DNA of 64,000 nucleotides from Candidatus Rokuibacteriota bacterium (GTDB lineage: Bacteria; Methylomirabilota; Methylomirabilia; Rokubacteriales; CSP1-6), in NCBI GenBank assembly GCA_003220615.1, contig QHTB01000155.1, positions 39,615-103,614 on the forward strand, written 5' to 3'. A model generated the notes under the pieces. It did no database searches. It was not told where the DNA came from and saw only the letters and a program-made list of their open reading frames with translations. Positions 61,356 through 64,000 of this stretch are shown piece by piece. Within the stretch, counting starts at the first letter, position 1. Each line of letters starts with the position of its first letter. Both the position numbers and the translations under genes were made by a program.

Positions 61356-62030
61356 ATGCTGGGAGCCTGGAAGAAGAAGGTCGCGATGCCACCGCGCGAG
61401 CAGGCGCTGCCGGGTCGGCCGCAGCCCATGCCCATCGTCGATCGTCACGCGGTGTCCGGCCACGCGATCGCGCCGCCCTATCCCGACGGCCTGGAGCTGG
61501 CGTTGTTCGGCCTCGGCTGCTTCTGGGGCGCCGAGAAGCTCTTCTGGAAGACGCCGGGCGTGTGGACCACCGCGGTCGGCTACGCGGCCGGCTATACGCC
61601 GAACCCGACGTACGAGGAAGTCTGCACGGGCCGCACCGGCCACAACGAGGTCGTGCGCGTGGTGTTCGATCCGAAGGCCATCGGCTACGAAACGCTGCTC
61701 GCGCGATTCTGGGAGGGCCACGATCCGACGCAGGGCATGCGTCAGGGCAACGACGTGGGCACGCAGTACCGCTCCGGGATCTACGTGTACTCACCCGAGC
61801 AGCGCCGGCTGGCCGAGGCCTCGCGCGACGCGTACCAGCGCGTCCTCGAACGCGCGGGCTACGGGCACATCACCACCGAGATCCTCGACGCGCCCGAGTT
61901 CTACTTCGCCGAGGACTATCACCAGCAATACCTGGCGAAGAACCCGTTCGGTTACTGCGGCCTCGGCGGCACCGGGCTGGCCTGCCCGGTCGGCCTTGGC
62001 GCCACCACCGGCGCCGCCGAGACGGGATAG
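61356..62030 (+). CDS. msrA: Peptide-methionine (S)-S-oxide reductase
   Basis: [37 protein letters not shown]. Confidence 0.97.
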   Translation: MLGAWKKKVAMPPREQALPGRPQPMPIVDRHAVSGHAIAPPYPDGLELALFGLGCFWGAEKLFWKTPGVWTTAVGYAAGYTPNPTYEEVCTGRTGHNEVVRVVFDPKAIGYETLLARFWEGHDPTQGMRQGNDVGTQYRSGIYVYSPEQRRLAEASRDAYQRVLERAGYGHITTEILDAPEFYFAEDYHQQYLAKNPFGYCGLGGTGLACPVGLGATTGAAETG

Positions 62031-62072
62031 AAGGGCGAGGCGCCCACGCGCGGCCGTAGGTGCCCCCCTCCC

Positions 62073-62192
62073 TCAGTCACGACCGCGTGCCTTCGCCATC
62101 CTCGCCGCGATGAACCCGAGCACGATCCCGGCGGCGACAACCGCGACGGCGAATCCGACGAGCGCCAGGCCCAAGCGCGCAAGATCGGTCAT
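62073..62192 (-). CDS. Small single-TM protein (39 aa), absent from the ORF track
   Basis: AAGGAGA RBS; MTDLARLGLALVGFAVAVVAAGIVLGFIAARMAKARGRD. Confidence 0.6.
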   Translation of the reverse strand: MTDLARLGLALVGFAVAVVAAGIVLGFIAARMAKARGRD

Positions 62193-62206
62193 GGAATGAT
62201 CTCCTT

Positions 62207-62779
62207 CTACTGCCGGAGAAGGACGCGCGATCGATGACAGATGCGGTGTTGAACGTCTCGATTGGAGAACGTCACATCCTCCTCGGTCGGAGCGTCGCTG
62301 GCGAGCGTCAAGCTCTTGTGGTCCTGGGAGATCTGACCGCTGAGCTCCGGGAAGTGATCGATCGTGAACGTCTGGCCGGCACGTTCGCCCGTCAGCTCTT
62401 TCCCCGTCAGCTGCCCGGTCACCTGCGTGGTGAACGTGCCGTCGGACGCGACGTCATACGTGAACGATGCCTGGAAGTCACTCGAAAACGCACCCCCGAG
62501 GATCGCGAACGCGGGAGGCGTGATTGAAACACGATCAGGATGGGTGACGCCGACACTGCGGCCTTGGAGCGTTCCTGTGCCGTCGCCATTGAAGGTCCGG
62601 ACCCCGTCCACGCTGAACGACACGACGAACCCTCCGTCTTGTGGCGTGAGGTCGGTGAGGCAGGACGCCTCGCCCGTGAACGCGTAGTCCCCGTTCAAGA
62701 GCTGGTTGGGGCCAGCCTGAACGATGCCCGCCCACAGCAGTACCACGCCAACGATGAACCACATGCCTGTACGCACCAT
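62207..62779 (-). CDS. Secreted beta-rich hypothetical protein
   Basis: GGGAGG RBS, signal peptide (VQA-G), LNGDYAF, RTFNGDGTG, two Cys. Confidence 0.75.
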   Translation of the reverse strand: MVRTGMWFIVGVVLLWAGIVQAGPNQLLNGDYAFTGEASCLTDLTPQDGGFVVSFSVDGVRTFNGDGTGTLQGRSVGVTHPDRVSITPPAFAILGGAFSSDFQASFTYDVASDGTFTTQVTGQLTGKELTGERAGQTFTIDHFPELSGQISQDHKSLTLASDAPTEEDVTFSNRDVQHRICHRSRVLLRQ

Positions 62780-62925
62780 GCTCGGCCTCCCGTAAACCAA
62801 CGTGTGCCGCTTGCAAAAGCTCGTGAGGTTCGCGCTCGAGCCCACGCGCAGGCGAGGCGGTCGCCGCGGAGCAGCGACCATGCCGAGCGCAGATGGGCCG
62901 ACTAAATCAGGTCTGCGGCGGGAGA

Positions 62926-63219
62926 TCAGGCGAGCGGTGGCGCGCGACTGAGATCAGATGACTGCGGAGACGGCCGCCGAGGCTCGCTGTCCATCGGCGT
63001 GACGAGACCGACGGCAGCAGCCACCGGGCGCAACGACCAAACGGTGCTCTGTTGGAAGGCACCGAGGTCGCCCGTAATCAAGAGCACGACGTCGTCGAAA
63101 TCGCCGTTGTCGTAGAGACCGCCGATCCAGGACTGATCCGGCGGGCTCGCATGGGCGACGGGCGCGAGCGCCAGGAGGGCGACGACCAGACCAACGATCA
63201 CAAGCCGATGGAGAATCAC
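62926..63219 (-). CDS. Secreted leader protein with C-terminal RAPP motif (candidate arrest peptide)
   Basis: Signal peptide AHA-S, PPDQSWIGGLYDNGDFDDVV, ends SRAPPLA*. Confidence 0.7.
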   Translation of the reverse strand: MILHRLVIVGLVVALLALAPVAHASPPDQSWIGGLYDNGDFDDVVLLITGDLGAFQQSTVWSLRPVAAAVGLVTPMDSEPRRPSPQSSDLSRAPPLA

Positions 63220-63228
63220 GACGGCGTC

Positions 63229-63257
63229 ACAGTAGGTCGTCAGGCGAGCCTCGTCAA
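63229..63257 (-). promoter_or_regulatory. Sigma70-type promoter for the RAPP ORF (near-leaderless)
   Basis: TTGACG-17 nt-TACTGT, 9 nt before GTG 63219. Confidence 0.68.
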
Positions 63258-63396
63258 GCAACGATGAGACCGTGCTGGTGAGCGGCGCGATGAGCGCCCC
63301 GCGAACCAGGAATCTCGGCGGCACCGGCCTGGCCCAGTCGGCCTCAGCGCCGGCGCCGCCGAGAAGAGCTGACGGCCGAGAACGAACGAGCGCGCG

Positions 63397-64000
63397 CTAC
63401 TTGTCCGCGATCCGTACGGCGGCTGAGCCGCCGTTGACCTTGAGCTTCGCGGTCTGCTTCAACGCGCTGCCGTCCCACTCGAAGACCCACACTTCCTTCT
63501 CGACCATGTTGCCGACCAGGATCGTGCGGCCGTCGGGTGAGAACGCGGCGCCCTGCGACCAGTGGCCGATCGGCGCCTCGGCCACCTTGCTCAGCTTGCC
63601 GCCGCTGACGCGCAGCAGGACGAGGTTGCCGTGGTCGTTGAAGAACGGCGACTGCCTGGGCTTGTTGCTGCCGTTCATCGCGATGATCGCGACGAGCGAG
63701 CCGTCCGGCGAGAGCTTGATGCCTTCGGGTGTCTGACCGACGGTGATCGTGTCCACCACGCGCGGCGGATTCGCGCGGAGATCGATCAGGCTCGCGGTGT
63801 CGGCGTCGCCCTGACCGCGTCCGATGTTGGCGACGACCGCGATGTCGCCCTTGCTGCTGATGTCGACGCCGTAGGGCCGGAGGCCGGCGTTCAGATCGCG
63901 CTTGGTGTGCTCGACCTTGGTCCCCTCGATCGACAGCACGGAGATGCGGTCGTCACCGTCGCGGCTGACCAGCGCCATCTTCCCGTCGGGGGTGATCGCG
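63397..64000 (-). CDS. YncE-like beta-propeller protein (5' part outside window)
   Basis: Repeated P.G...SPDG blades, TITVGQTPEG. Confidence 0.8.
   Translation of the reverse strand, partial: AITPDGKMALVSRDGDDRISVLSIEGTKVEHTKRDLNAGLRPYGVDISSKGDIAVVANIGRGQGDADTASLIDLRANPPRVVDTITVGQTPEGIKLSPDGSLVAIIAMNGSNKPRQSPFFNDHGNLVLLRVSGGKLSKVAEAPIGHWSQGAAFSPDGRTILVGNMVEKEVWVFEWDGSALKQTAKLKVNGGSAAVRIADK

Noticed and set aside
57508-62199. 1563-aa ORF on the + strand (also 14116-17052, 55500-57638 and similar long ORFs)
   Set aside because: Shadow frames of well-supported genes; stop-poor because of high GC; no recognisable motifs

Overview
High-GC (roughly 70% by eye) bacterial chromosomal window, gene-dense. 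I detected no rRNA, tRNA, CRISPR array, transposase or prophage. Gene content and repeat style suggest a soil lineage such as Candidatus Rokubacteria (inference only). The left ~21 kb is a general-stress-type island: sensor-less histidine kinase, sigma54 enhancer-binding response regulator, BON lipoprotein, DksA/TraR protein, M48 protease, YqjE/DUF3618/ElaB-like membrane proteins, NHEJ-type primase-polymerase, imuA-imuB-dnaE2, Gfo-like protein, GT4 plus glycogen-debranching pair, site-2 protease, cardiolipin synthase, GlsB/YeaQ and an HpnP-like methylase. I found 12 correctly placed and oriented sigma54 -24/-12 elements (GG-N10-GC). Six predict near-leaderless mRNAs, and one divergent pair shares a single -12 dinucleotide, which together suggest a sigma54-driven general stress regulon. 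The rest is housekeeping and catabolic (ettA, RNase D, BMP-type ABC transporter with amidohydrolase, Fpg/Nei, PtrB, amidase-esterase operon, AlkB, LLM, aminotransferase, VWA/AAA+, form II CoxL-like, msrA). Other notable items are a secreted leader ORF ending in the RAPP ribosome-arrest motif with an anti-SD element, a ~70-bp palindromic repeat family with one copy in frame inside dnaE2, and four genes with frameshifts or internal deletions that may be assembly errors. All calls come from reading motifs by eye; no database search was run.
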